Assembly: GCA_963803435.1 (NCBI GenBank)
Contig: CAWDML010000001.1
Span: forward strand, 1,696,001 to 1,760,000
Direction of reading: 5' to 3'
Source of the DNA: an uncultured delta proteobacterium
GTDB taxonomy: Bacteria; Myxococcota; Kuafuiibacteriia; Kuafuiibacteriales; Kuafuiibacteriaceae
Length of the DNA: 64,000 nt
Shown here: in pieces, positions 21,592 through 31,153 of the stretch
Layout: every line of letters begins with the position of its first letter
How positions within the stretch are numbered: position 1 is the first letter of the stretch
Notes under the pieces: generated by a model
Told to the model about the DNA's origin: nothing
The model's input: only the letters and a program-made list of their open reading frames with translations
Database searches by the model: none
Made by a program: the position numbers and the translations under genes

Positions 21592-22071
21592 ATGTGTGGT
21601 TTCGTGCTCGGTATCCTGGCTCTCTTCGCGGTGATGAAGATCGCCCGATTGTCCCGTCACGGCGGGTGCGGCGGTGGCGGCGGTCGCTGGCGCGGACGCG
21701 GGCGCCGCGGCTGGGGTCATCGAGGAGGAGGATTCATGAGATGGCTGTTCGAGGATCTCGACACCACGCCCGGACAGGAGCGGAGCATCCGGGAGACGTT
21801 CGACTCGCTCCGGGAGCACGCGCGTGAGACCAAGGCCGAGTGGAAGAAGAGCGTCGACGATCTGGCTGCGGCCATCACCGCCGAGGAGCTCGACCACGAG
21901 AAGGTCGGGGAGGCCTGGGTGAAGCAGGACAAGGCGCTCGACGGGATCCGGCTGGCGGCCATGGAGGCGCTCGGCAAGATCCACGAGACGCTCGATCCCA
22001 GCCAGCGCGAACGCCTCGCCGAGCTGATTCGCCGCGGCGGATTCGGTAGGTGGCGCAGCACCGAGCTGTGA
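21592..22071 (+). CDS. Spy/CpxP-like periplasmic sensor family protein
   Basis: TM helix, Gly/Arg-rich linker, LFEDLDTTPGQE...IHETLDPSQRERLA; AGGAGG upstream. Confidence 0.7.
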   Translation: MCGFVLGILALFAVMKIARLSRHGGCGGGGGRWRGRGRRGWGHRGGGFMRWLFEDLDTTPGQERSIRETFDSLREHARETKAEWKKSVDDLAAAITAEELDHEKVGEAWVKQDKALDGIRLAAMEALGKIHETLDPSQRERLAELIRRGGFGRWRSTEL

Positions 22072-22090
22072 CGTGATAATGATGGCGTCG

Positions 22091-22768
22091 ATGACGGTTC
22101 GCGTGCTGTTGATCGACGACGACCGGCGTCTGTTCGACCTTCTGGGCACCTATCTGTCGCAGAACGGCTGCGAGGTGTCCCACGCGGCGGACGGACGCGC
22201 AGGTCTCGCCGAGGTCGAGCGCGACGTCTTCGACGTCATCCTCCTCGATCTGATGATGCCCGGCATCGATGGGCTCGAGGTCTGTCGCCGGATCCGGGCG
22301 AAGAGCTCCATTCCCTTGATCATGTTGACCGCAAAGGGCGACGAGACGGATCGGGTGGTCGGCCTGGAGATGGGCGCCGACGACTACATCGCGAAGCCGT
22401 TCGGGCCCCGGGAGCTCCTCGCCCGCATCCGGGCCGTGCTCCGGCGCGCGCAGCCGGAGGCGGTCGCCGAGAAGCTGGTGGCGCAGAACGTCGCGGTCGA
22501 CGTGGCGAAGCGTGAGGTCGCGGTCGACGGGAGCGCGATCGAGCTGACCGGCCTCGAGTTCGACGTGCTCCTCACCCTGATGCGGCGCGCCGGTCGAGTG
22601 GTGCCGCGGGAGTCGCTGATGTCCGAGGCGCGCGGAGACGTGGTGGTCGGACCGAGGACCGTCGACGTTCACATCTCTCATCTGCGGTCGAAGCTCGGCG
22701 ATGACCCGACCAAGCCGCACTTGATCAAGACCGTCCGCGGTGTCGGCTACATGCTGGTGAAAAATTGA
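22091..22768 (+). CDS. OmpR-family response regulator
   Basis: LLIDDD, LDLMMP, GADDYIAKPF, winged helix TVRGVGY; start may be 22073. Confidence 0.93.
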   Translation: MTVRVLLIDDDRRLFDLLGTYLSQNGCEVSHAADGRAGLAEVERDVFDVILLDLMMPGIDGLEVCRRIRAKSSIPLIMLTAKGDETDRVVGLEMGADDYIAKPFGPRELLARIRAVLRRAQPEAVAEKLVAQNVAVDVAKREVAVDGSAIELTGLEFDVLLTLMRRAGRVVPRESLMSEARGDVVVGPRTVDVHISHLRSKLGDDPTKPHLIKTVRGVGYMLVKN

Positions 22769-23997
22769 GACGCCACCGAGGACACGCACCGCTGCATCGG
22801 AAGCTCTTCGTCTGGTTCGGGATGGCGATCCTGATGACCGTCCTGATCGGCGCCGCGGCGTTCGGCGTGACCGCGCACTTCTCCGAGTCGGACTGGAAGA
22901 AGGAGTTCATGCGGATCCAGACGCTGGCCTCGAACATGTTCGCGGCCGCCTGGAACGAACCCCAGCGACGGGACGAGCTCGCACAGATGGTGGCGCGGGA
23001 TCTCGAGGTCCACATCTCCGTCTACGACGCTCAGGACCACCTCCTGAGCGCCCACGGCCCCGAGTGCGATCGAAGCCAGTGGATCCTCCCGGTGAAGCAG
23101 AACGGCGATACGCTCGGGTTCCTCCACCTGTGCGCGCCCAGAACCCGCCCGAACCCCGTGCTCTTCTTCCTCCCGATCTTCGTCCTGGGCGCGATGCTCT
23201 GGGCCATGTCCCACAAGATCGCGCACCGGATCTCCTACCCGCTGCGCGAGGTGGCTCGCGTGGCCCGGGAGATCGGCGATGGCAACCTCGACGCCCGCCC
23301 CTGCCTGTATCACCACGCCTCGGGTGAGGTTCGGACGCTGACCACTGCCATCGACGACATGGCCACGCGCATCCGCAAGCAGCTCGATGATCAGCGGGTC
23401 TTGTTGGCGGCCGTATCGCACGAGCTGCGCACACCGCTCGGTCATCTGCGGATCCTCGCCGAGCTGGCGCGCGATCCGAACGCGGACCACGCCCGGATCG
23501 TCGACGACATCGAGGCCGAGGTGAAGGAGGTCGACGAGCTCGTGGGACAGCTCCTGGCTCAGGCCCGCCTCGACTTCTCGGAGCTCGAACGCAAGCCGTT
23601 CGACCCCGCCGACGCCGCCCGCCGGGCCCTCGAACGCAAGGGGATCCCGAGCGACAAGCTGGAGATCGCGGACGGCGAAGCGGCCAGCTCCGGAGATCCC
23701 ACGCTGATCGCACGCGCCCTCGCCAACCTGATCGATAACGCCGAGAAGCACGGTCGCGGGATGACGGTGCTGCGCGTCAGACGCGACGGCGCGCGGGTGG
23801 TGTTCGAGGTGGAGGACCGCGGCCCCGGTATCCCCGAAGGACAGCCCATCTTCGAGCTGTTCACCGCGGGCACGCGGGAGCACGGGAACCTGGGCCTCGG
23901 CCTGGCGCTGGTGCGGCGGATTGCCGAGGCCCACGGTGGGCGGGCGTTCGCCGAGAACCGGGCGGAGGGCGGCGCCAGGGTGGGCTTCACGATCTGA
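22765..23997 (+). CDS. HAMP-domain sensor histidine kinase
   Basis: Two TM helices, HAMP, SHELRTPL, NLIDNA, EDRGPGI, GLGLGL. Confidence 0.92.
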   Translation: MRRHRGHAPLHRKLFVWFGMAILMTVLIGAAAFGVTAHFSESDWKKEFMRIQTLASNMFAAAWNEPQRRDELAQMVARDLEVHISVYDAQDHLLSAHGPECDRSQWILPVKQNGDTLGFLHLCAPRTRPNPVLFFLPIFVLGAMLWAMSHKIAHRISYPLREVARVAREIGDGNLDARPCLYHHASGEVRTLTTAIDDMATRIRKQLDDQRVLLAAVSHELRTPLGHLRILAELARDPNADHARIVDDIEAEVKEVDELVGQLLAQARLDFSELERKPFDPADAARRALERKGIPSDKLEIADGEAASSGDPTLIARALANLIDNAEKHGRGMTVLRVRRDGARVVFEVEDRGPGIPEGQPIFELFTAGTREHGNLGLGLALVRRIAEAHGGRAFAENRAEGGARVGFTI

Positions 23998-24001
23998 GGC
24001 G

Positions 24002-26836
24002 TCAGCCCGCGAGCGCCAGCGTGACCTCGGGGTCCACCGGCTTCACCAGATGGTGGTCGAAGCCTGCGGCCGCGGTCGCCGCCCGATGAGACTCCTGGCC
24101 GTAGCCGGTGATCGCCACCAGCTTGAGGTCCGCCGCGAACGGCATCTGCCGCAACCGGCGCGCCACCTCGAACCCGTCCATGACCGGGAGGCCGAGGTCC
24201 AGGAAGACCAGCTCGGGTGAGAACGTGGCGGCGCGCTCGAGGCCGCTGGGGCCGTCGAACGCGACCTCGACCGCGTGACCACGGGCGCGCAGGATCTCGG
24301 CGAGCATCTCGGCGGCGTCTCGGTTGTCGTCGACTACGAGGATCCGCCGCCTCGATCCCGGAATATCGACCCCGAGCCGCTCGGCACCGGGGCTCGAGAC
24401 GACGCGCGCCCCCCGCGCGCAGGGAAGCGTGAACGAAAACTCGCTGCCCCTTCCGAGGCCGGCGCTGTTCGCAGCGACGGCGCCGCCGTGCATCTCGATC
24501 AAGCTCTTCACGATCGCGAGGCCGAGGCCGAGCCCGCCCTGCGAGCGCTCGATCGTCCGCTCTCCCTGAGCGAACAGATCGAACACGACCGGGATCAGGT
24601 TGGGCGCGATCCCGATCCCGTCGTCCTTCACCGTCACGACCACGTCGCCCGCGCGCAAGCGAGCCGAGACCTCGATGTGGCCGCCCGCGTCGGTGTACTT
24701 GGCGGCGTTCGACAGCAAGTTCGAGACCGCCTGGGTGACGCGATGCTCGTCGACGTCGACCTGCAGCCCATCGCGCGGCACCAGGACGGCGAGGTGGTGC
24801 CGCCGCTCCTCGAGCAGCGGGCTCACCACCTCGATCGCCTTGTTCACGATCTGCGACATCTCGACGACGCTCTTGCGGAGCTCGACCTTCCCGCGGGTGA
24901 TCCGGGAGACGTCCAGCAAGTCGTCCACGAGTCGCGTCAGATGGTGAACCTGGCGTGTGATGACGTCGCGCTCCTTCTTGAGCGCAGTCGCGTCCCTCAG
25001 GCGCATCAGCTCCAGTGAGGTGAGAATCGGCGACAGCGGGTTCCTGAGCTCGTGTCCGAGCATCGCCAGAAACTCGTCCTTGGCTCGATTCGCCGCCTCG
25101 GCGGCCTCGCGGGCGCGGTACTCGTTGGTCAGATCCACGACCGCCCCCGGGAAGCGAACCGCCGTGCCGTCCTGGGCGCGCTCGACCCGACCTCGCGCAG
25201 AGATCCACCGGATCTCACCGCTCCGATCGCGCACCCGGTACTCGGCCTCGAACGCCTCACCCCGCTCGATCGTCTCCGCCATCGCCTCAGCGACGCGCGC
25301 CCGATCGTCCTCGTGGATCGCGCCCAGCAGCTCCGCAAGCGGGAGACCCGCGGTGCCGCGATCCGGATCGATGCCGTAGAGCTCGGCGAGGAGGCGATCG
25401 GCGACGACGCGATCGCGAGCCGGATCGTAGGTCCAGATCCCGATCGATCCCGCCGTCACCGCCGCTCGGAGCTGAGCCGTGCGCTCCGACTCGTACAGGA
25501 GGGAACGATCGAGGGCCTGTCCGCACTGCGAGGCGATCCGGGTCAGCCGATCCCGCTCCGCCCCATCGAAGGTTCGCGGCGCTCCGAAGCCCAGCACCAT
25601 CGCGCCCAGGAGACGACCGCGGCCGCTCAGCGGGAGGATGGCCCAGGACGACTGCGTCTCGAACCGCATCGAGGGCCCGTTTGGATAGCGTCGCTGGTAG
25701 TCCTCGACCGAGGAGACGAACACCGGCTGACGCGTGCGGAACGCGTCGGTGAGGGGCACGGGCTCGTCGAGCGAGATCTCCAGGTACTGCGGGAGCATCA
25801 CCTCCTCCGTACCGTTCCAGTGGTGGAGGCGGAGCACCTGGTCGGCCGGGTCCGCGAGGAAAACGCCGCCGGTGACCGCGCCGAGCGCCGGAAGGCCGAC
25901 GTCGACCGACGCGTGCAGCACGTCGTCCACCGTCACGGAGCGCGCCAGCGCTGCGATCAGCTTCGCGTTCGCCCGCAGCTCGCCGTCGATCGCCTCGATC
26001 GAGCGAACCAGGACGAAGATCACCGCGGCGAACGTCGCGATGAAGGCCACCGAGAGGACGGTGATGCCGGCACCCGTCCGGATGATCTGGACGTGCTCGA
26101 GCTCCAGCACCAACCAGCCGTAGACGACCGGCACGAAGATCGCGGCGATCAGGAGCCGACGCGCGAGGTAACTCGCCGTCCCCGTACCTGCCAGGACGCC
26201 GCCGACCCCGAAGTCGTCACGAAGCGCCAGCAACGCGCTGGCCAGGAGCACGAAGCCGGTCGCCGTGAACTGGGAGAGGCGGACGAACGGCATGGGGCGG
26301 TACAGCGACACCGTCTGGTACAGGTATCCGATCAGCGCGAGCAGGCCGATCGCCAGGGTCATGACGGCGAGCGCCTGGGCGGTCGTGGCGAGACGCCGGC
26401 GCTTCGACCGAACCATCAGGACGGTGGCGCCCGCCAGGACGAACCCAGCGCCGGCGTTGGGAGCCATTCGGTTGAAGAAGGGTGCGCTCTCGACGTTGTA
26501 CGGCTCGGTCGCGATCAGCTGATCGATCCCGAGGTCGACGCCGAGGGCGTACTCGAGCAGTGTGCCGATGCCGACCGCGATCGAGATCAGCGCCAGCAGC
26601 CGAGCGATGAAGGTAGCCCAGCGACGATCGAGCCCCGAAAGGATCACGCTGGTCGCCAAGAGCATCAAGCAGAGCGCCGTGTTGGTCTTCATCCACTTGG
26701 CCCCGAAGAGGCCGGCGTCGCGGGTCGGGATCATCCAGGCGGCGAAGAACACCAGCGCCATCGCAAAGACCGCCGCCGCGCTGACCGCAGCGAACCGGCG
26801 GGCTCGGGTCTGATGCGTCGATAGCAACCCGGCCAA
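24002..26836 (-). CDS. Membrane hybrid histidine kinase (GAF-PAS-HisKA-HATPase-REC)
   Basis: TM region, GAF, PAS (IHEDDRARV), GHELRNPL, NAAKY, GGLGLGL, receiver VVDDN...DLGLP. Confidence 0.92.
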   Translation of the reverse strand: MAGLLSTHQTRARRFAAVSAAAVFAMALVFFAAWMIPTRDAGLFGAKWMKTNTALCLMLLATSVILSGLDRRWATFIARLLALISIAVGIGTLLEYALGVDLGIDQLIATEPYNVESAPFFNRMAPNAGAGFVLAGATVLMVRSKRRRLATTAQALAVMTLAIGLLALIGYLYQTVSLYRPMPFVRLSQFTATGFVLLASALLALRDDFGVGGVLAGTGTASYLARRLLIAAIFVPVVYGWLVLELEHVQIIRTGAGITVLSVAFIATFAAVIFVLVRSIEAIDGELRANAKLIAALARSVTVDDVLHASVDVGLPALGAVTGGVFLADPADQVLRLHHWNGTEEVMLPQYLEISLDEPVPLTDAFRTRQPVFVSSVEDYQRRYPNGPSMRFETQSSWAILPLSGRGRLLGAMVLGFGAPRTFDGAERDRLTRIASQCGQALDRSLLYESERTAQLRAAVTAGSIGIWTYDPARDRVVADRLLAELYGIDPDRGTAGLPLAELLGAIHEDDRARVAEAMAETIERGEAFEAEYRVRDRSGEIRWISARGRVERAQDGTAVRFPGAVVDLTNEYRAREAAEAANRAKDEFLAMLGHELRNPLSPILTSLELMRLRDATALKKERDVITRQVHHLTRLVDDLLDVSRITRGKVELRKSVVEMSQIVNKAIEVVSPLLEERRHHLAVLVPRDGLQVDVDEHRVTQAVSNLLSNAAKYTDAGGHIEVSARLRAGDVVVTVKDDGIGIAPNLIPVVFDLFAQGERTIERSQGGLGLGLAIVKSLIEMHGGAVAANSAGLGRGSEFSFTLPCARGARVVSSPGAERLGVDIPGSRRRILVVDDNRDAAEMLAEILRARGHAVEVAFDGPSGLERAATFSPELVFLDLGLPVMDGFEVARRLRQMPFAADLKLVAITGYGQESHRAATAAAGFDHHLVKPVDPEVTLALAG

Positions 26837-26927
26837 TGTGCCACCGGTGCCCCACGAATCAACGGATTACTCGCCGAGGCGGATTGCCACGGGCCGCGAT
26901 CACGAAGGATCCAGCGGCTCGCTGAAT

Positions 26928-27842
26928 TCACGCGAAGAGGCGACGCGCGTTCTCATGGAGGATGAGATCGAGCGCGCGTCGTGAAAGACCCAACCCACGC
27001 AGCTTGTTGAGCTCCCGATCCCACGCGTACGGCAGGTTGGGAAAGTCGGTGCCGTACAAGATCCGCTCGGGGCGCAGCGAAAGCATCGACGACGGATCCT
27101 CGCCGGGAAGAAAGCCGCCGATCGCCATCGTGGTGTCGAGCCAGAGGTTGTCGTAGCGCTGGATCAGATCTGCGTACGCGTCGAACTCGTCGGCGCCGAG
27201 GTGAGGCACGACCACGGGCAATTGGGGAAACGCGATCAGCACGCGCTCGAGCCGGGCGGCGCTGCATAGCTCGTAGGGGTCGACCGGGTACGCAGGGCTC
27301 TTGGGTTCGCGCCCCGCATGGATCACGACGGGGCGGCCAGCCTCCTGACAGAGCGCATAGACCGGTCGGAGCGCGGGCGCGTCGGGCGGCATCGCCTGCA
27401 CGTGGCAGTGAAGCTTCAAACCGCGGAGCCCGACCGCGAAGCCCTCGTCGAGGATCCGCTCGGGATGGTCATCCTCCGGATGGACGGTCGCGACGCCGAC
27501 CACGCGCGAATCGAGCCGGGTCAGGTCGGCCATGAAGCGGTTGAGGTCGCGGGCGATGCCCGGCTTGTGCGCGTAGTGGAGCCCGACGATCCGCTCCACC
27601 CCCCGCGAGAGCAGGAACTCGATCGTCTGGACGGCGTCCAGCGGGTATCGCACCGGCCAGGCGTGCTTCACGAACCAGGCGCGAAGCGCGGCGAAGAGGC
27701 GGTCGGGAAAGAGGTGCACGTGGGCGTCGATCACCGGCGGGAGCTCGTCGGGGACGCGATCGCCCTCCTGGTCGTCGAGCCCCGCCAAGGGGACCGCCAG
27801 CATCCCGTCGCTGGAGGACGGCGTGCAGGGAGCCAGCGCCAT
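26928..27842 (-). CDS. Amidohydrolase family 2 protein
   Basis: IDAHVH, GLKLHCH, HAG, PHLG, YGTDFP. Confidence 0.87.
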   Translation of the reverse strand: MALAPCTPSSSDGMLAVPLAGLDDQEGDRVPDELPPVIDAHVHLFPDRLFAALRAWFVKHAWPVRYPLDAVQTIEFLLSRGVERIVGLHYAHKPGIARDLNRFMADLTRLDSRVVGVATVHPEDDHPERILDEGFAVGLRGLKLHCHVQAMPPDAPALRPVYALCQEAGRPVVIHAGREPKSPAYPVDPYELCSAARLERVLIAFPQLPVVVPHLGADEFDAYADLIQRYDNLWLDTTMAIGGFLPGEDPSSMLSLRPERILYGTDFPNLPYAWDRELNKLRGLGLSRRALDLILHENARRLFA

Positions 27843-27863
27843 GGCGCCGACCGTAGCACGGTC

Positions 27864-28307
27864 TCAGCGGTTTCGGCGGTGATGCACGCGGCTCGCGCCG
27901 CCGACCCCCGGGTCGAGCAACGACGCCGCGGTGACGGTCCCGGCGGGCGCCTTGGCCCCGAACGCCGGCGCCTGCTTCGACGCGCCGGAGCCGGACCACT
28001 TCGAAGCGGCCGCACGCAGCTGACGGCTTCGCGACTCGAGATCGAGCTGAGCCAGCACGCGGGCGTCCGAGGCGAGCACCGCGCGGAGATCCGAGGCGGC
28101 CCCCGGCGACCGAAGCTCGAGATCGAGCGCGCAAGCGAGCCGGAGGAGGTCATCCAGCGCCGGGCCCGGCTCCGAGGGGTGCGCGAAGAGCGCGTCGAGC
28201 AACGTCGCCAGCGCCTCGAAGCCTTCGGGGCCCCAGGCATAGCGATCCTCTCCGCTGGGATCGATGCGCAGGAACTCCAGCGCGAGATCCAGGATCGGAA
28301 ACGTCAT
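27864..28307 (-). CDS. Hypothetical protein
   Basis: ATGA overlap with the upstream PG-binding gene; fills the intergenic space. Confidence 0.6.
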   Translation of the reverse strand: MTFPILDLALEFLRIDPSGEDRYAWGPEGFEALATLLDALFAHPSEPGPALDDLLRLACALDLELRSPGAASDLRAVLASDARVLAQLDLESRSRQLRAAASKWSGSGASKQAPAFGAKAPAGTVTAASLLDPGVGGASRVHHRRNR

Positions 28308-29113
28308 TTCCCGCCCCTCGCCAGATACTGCAGGCGGGCCAGCTCCCCGTTGCCGAGGGCGCCGCGCGGGTTGTTGTTGGCGTCCAGGAACTGCTGCATC
28401 GCCCGGGCCGTGTCCGGACCGAAGAAGCCGTCGGCGCCGTGCGTGCCGACGTCGTAGCCCGCGGCCTTCAGCATCTCCTGCATCTGCTTCACGCCCGGAC
28501 CCTTGTCACCTTCGCGGAAGTTGCGCGCGCCCGCCTCGACCTGATTGAGCTCGGGGCCCTCGCGGTACACCTTCTTGCCGCTCTTGGCGTAGCGATCGTT
28601 CGCGTCCTGCTGCTCGAGGAGCGTCTGGGCGCCCGGATCGCGCCGCACGATCTCGCCGGTCCCCGGATCGCGATGGACGCCCTTCTCGCCTTCGTTCTCG
28701 ACCGTGTTGTCGTTGCCGGCCTTCTCGACCAAGGTCTGTGCACCGGGATCGCGGCGGACGATCTCGCCGGTCCCCGGATCCCGATAGACGCCCTTCTCGC
28801 CTTCGTTCTGCACCAGCCGATCCGAGGGGATGTTGTCCCGCTCCGCCGCCAGCCGGCCCTTCTGCACTCCCGACACGGCATTGCGGATCGAGCTGCGTTC
28901 GGAGTCCGACAGCTGTCCGTCCTGCAGCGCCGAATCTCGCAGCCCCACCAGCTGTCTGATCGCGTCGTTGAATTGGTTCGCGCCCGGGCTGAACTGGTTC
29001 GGCAGCATCCGAAACGCGTTTTGATTCTGGGTGACGGCCCCGTCGAGCTGGGCCCGGTTGAAGTTACGATTGTCGAGCAGCGCTCTCTCTGCCTCTAAGC
29101 TGAGCGTCATCAT
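28304..29113 (-). CDS. Peptidoglycan-binding domain protein with internal 37-aa duplication
   Basis: C-terminal GDKGPGVKQMQEMLKAAGY...ADGFFGPDTARAMQQF; RBS CAGGAGG; no signal peptide seen. Confidence 0.8.
   Translation of the reverse strand: MMTLSLEAERALLDNRNFNRAQLDGAVTQNQNAFRMLPNQFSPGANQFNDAIRQLVGLRDSALQDGQLSDSERSSIRNAVSGVQKGRLAAERDNIPSDRLVQNEGEKGVYRDPGTGEIVRRDPGAQTLVEKAGNDNTVENEGEKGVHRDPGTGEIVRRDPGAQTLLEQQDANDRYAKSGKKVYREGPELNQVEAGARNFREGDKGPGVKQMQEMLKAAGYDVGTHGADGFFGPDTARAMQQFLDANNNPRGALGNGELARLQYLARGGK
28613..28815 (-). repeat. Two-copy intragenic repeat with 111-bp period
   Basis: V[QE]NEGEKGV[YH]RDPGTGEIVRRDPGAQTL twice; TCTCGCCGGTCCCCGGATC at 28651 and 28762. Confidence 0.85.
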
Positions 29114-29139
29114 TACCCTCCTGGTATCCGCTTGCCCTC

Positions 29140-29155
29140 AGCAGGCTTCGTGCCA
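29140..29155 (-). promoter_or_regulatory. Putative sigma54 -24/-12 promoter
   Basis: Minus strand TGGCACGAAGCCTGCT, close to consensus TGGCACG-N4-TTGCW, upstream of the RBS for 29113. Confidence 0.7.
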
Positions 29156-29225
29156 TCGCGCTGATTCGTGCCTTCGGAGACCGTTCGGCCCCCAGGTCGA
29201 GGACTCGAGACCACACGCTGTGCTG

Positions 29226-31106
29226 TCAACGCACCGAGCCGGGCTTCGAGAGCACCAACGGCACGGCGTTGCCGCCGCACTCCACCCACGCGCCCAGCTC
29301 GAGGCTCTCGGAGAGCGTCGCCACCAGAAACGCGTCGCCCGCCGGTAGATGCGTCGGCATGCGTGCCACTGCCAGCATCTCGCGATCCGGCGAGGTCAGG
29401 TGCGTCGCTTCCCAGAATCCGACCACCATGTTCTGGGTGCTCCCCAACCGGATCGGGATCCGCGCTCGGGACGGGAGCTGCTGTCCCCGCTCGAACACCC
29501 AGCCTGTGAGCCCGCCGGGCATCATGATGCCGATACCCACGGACAGCGTGTCGAGGAGGACCGGCGACGCCAAATCTCCGACGCTCTTCGCCACCAGCGC
29601 GGCGCCGGTGGCCACCGCTGCGTCGCCGCCGGGATGGAGATAAGGCGTGTGACCCAGCGCCGCCGCGATCCGCTGGCCGACGAGCGGCATGTGCGACTGA
29701 CCGCCGACCAGGATCACGAGATCCAGGTTGCTCTTGTCGAAGCCGGCGCCGCTGAGCATGTCCTCGACGATCCCGATCGTCTTCTCGATCAACGGCGCCG
29801 TCAGTCGCTCCAGCTCGTCGCGCGTCAGCTCGTACTCGAGGTCGACCTCTTTGCCGCGGCGATCGAAGCCGATCATCGGCACGTGGATGCGGGTCTTGGG
29901 CTCCGCCGAGAGCGCGATCTTCGCGCTCTCGGCGGCGTTGAGGAATCGCTGGGCGACCACCGGCTCCTCGCGCACGTCGATGCGATGCTTCTGCTCGGCG
30001 ACCTGGACCAGCTTCTCCATCACGGCTCGATCCAGGTCGATGCCGCCCAGGAAGTTGTCGCCGGAGGTGGCTCGCGCGTCGAAGACGTCGTCCGTGATCT
30101 CGACGAGCGTCGCGTCGAACGAGCCGCCACCGAAGTCGTAGATCAGAACCCGATGGTTCATGCTGCGGCCAACGCCGAACGACAGCGCCGCCACCGTAGG
30201 CTCGTTCACCAGGCGCAGCACCTCCAGCCCGGCGCGACGGGCCGCCTCGTGAATGCTCCGGCGCTGCCCCGTCGAGAAGTGGGCCGGCACCGAGATGACA
30301 CAGCGCTTGATGTCCCGCTGCGTGATCGCGTGGGCCCGAGCCCGCACCTCGCCCAGGATGTCGGCGGCCACGTCGACGAACGAGACCGTGAGGTCGCCGA
30401 TGACCGCGCCGATCTCGCCGCGCGAGTCGGTCCCCATCCGAAAGGGGAAGCGCACGCGGTGCCGCGACACGAACTCGTTCCGCTCCGAGCGACCGATGAA
30501 GCGCTTCCACCCGAACACGGTCGTCAGCGGATCGGTCAGGATCATGTCGCGCGCGGTCCACCCCACCACCGGGTGCTGCATGTTCTTGTACGAGACGATC
30601 GAGGGGAGGATCGGTCCGCGCTGGCGCTCGCCGCGGATCACCGAGATCACCCGGCCGTCGGGACCAATGGCGACGCCCGCGGTGTTCGAGGTGCCGAGAT
30701 CGATACCGAGGACCCAGCGCTCGCTGTCGTCGGATACCGCGCGCGGCTCCGACAGCGCGCGTTGCGCGATCAGCTTGACGTACCGCTCGAGCGACTGGCG
30801 CGCCTTCTCCGGGATCTCGTCGAACCGGATCCCGATGCCAGCGGCGCGCCCATGGTGCCTGGCCATCGTTCGATCGACGGCGTGCACGACCGTGGCGTTG
30901 AACGCGAGCGCACCCTGCGTGAGCTGGATCCGAACGCCGATCTTGGTACCGATCGGCGGCGGCGTCTCCGTGCGAATGAACATCCCGCCCCGGGAGATGT
31001 TCTCGGTCCAGAGGGAGTGAAAGTCGTTGGGATCGGCGATGCTGATCTCGACCTGGCTCGCGCTGACGAACCTCGGTTCCCTCCTGATGGTGTTCTCCTC
31101 GGTCAC
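29226..31106 (-). CDS. PilZ-like (TIGR02266-type)-Hsp70 fusion protein
   Basis: RREPR...NISRGGMFI PilZ; IDLGTSN, ISVPAHF, VNEPTVAAL, YDFGGGSFD, GDNFLGG Hsp70 motifs. Confidence 0.88.
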   Translation of the reverse strand: MTEENTIRREPRFVSASQVEISIADPNDFHSLWTENISRGGMFIRTETPPPIGTKIGVRIQLTQGALAFNATVVHAVDRTMARHHGRAAGIGIRFDEIPEKARQSLERYVKLIAQRALSEPRAVSDDSERWVLGIDLGTSNTAGVAIGPDGRVISVIRGERQRGPILPSIVSYKNMQHPVVGWTARDMILTDPLTTVFGWKRFIGRSERNEFVSRHRVRFPFRMGTDSRGEIGAVIGDLTVSFVDVAADILGEVRARAHAITQRDIKRCVISVPAHFSTGQRRSIHEAARRAGLEVLRLVNEPTVAALSFGVGRSMNHRVLIYDFGGGSFDATLVEITDDVFDARATSGDNFLGGIDLDRAVMEKLVQVAEQKHRIDVREEPVVAQRFLNAAESAKIALSAEPKTRIHVPMIGFDRRGKEVDLEYELTRDELERLTAPLIEKTIGIVEDMLSGAGFDKSNLDLVILVGGQSHMPLVGQRIAAALGHTPYLHPGGDAAVATGAALVAKSVGDLASPVLLDTLSVGIGIMMPGGLTGWVFERGQQLPSRARIPIRLGSTQNMVVGFWEATHLTSPDREMLAVARMPTHLPAGDAFLVATLSESLELGAWVECGGNAVPLVLSKPGSVR

Positions 31107-31153
31107 TAGGGTTCGAGGAGCATAGCCTTAGTCCGGTGGTCGATACAGGTAGG

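Noticed and set aside
21585-21827. 80-aa ORF directly behind the AGGAGG site
   Set aside because: The overlapping frame from 21592 gives a recognisable CpxP-like protein; this ORF has no features
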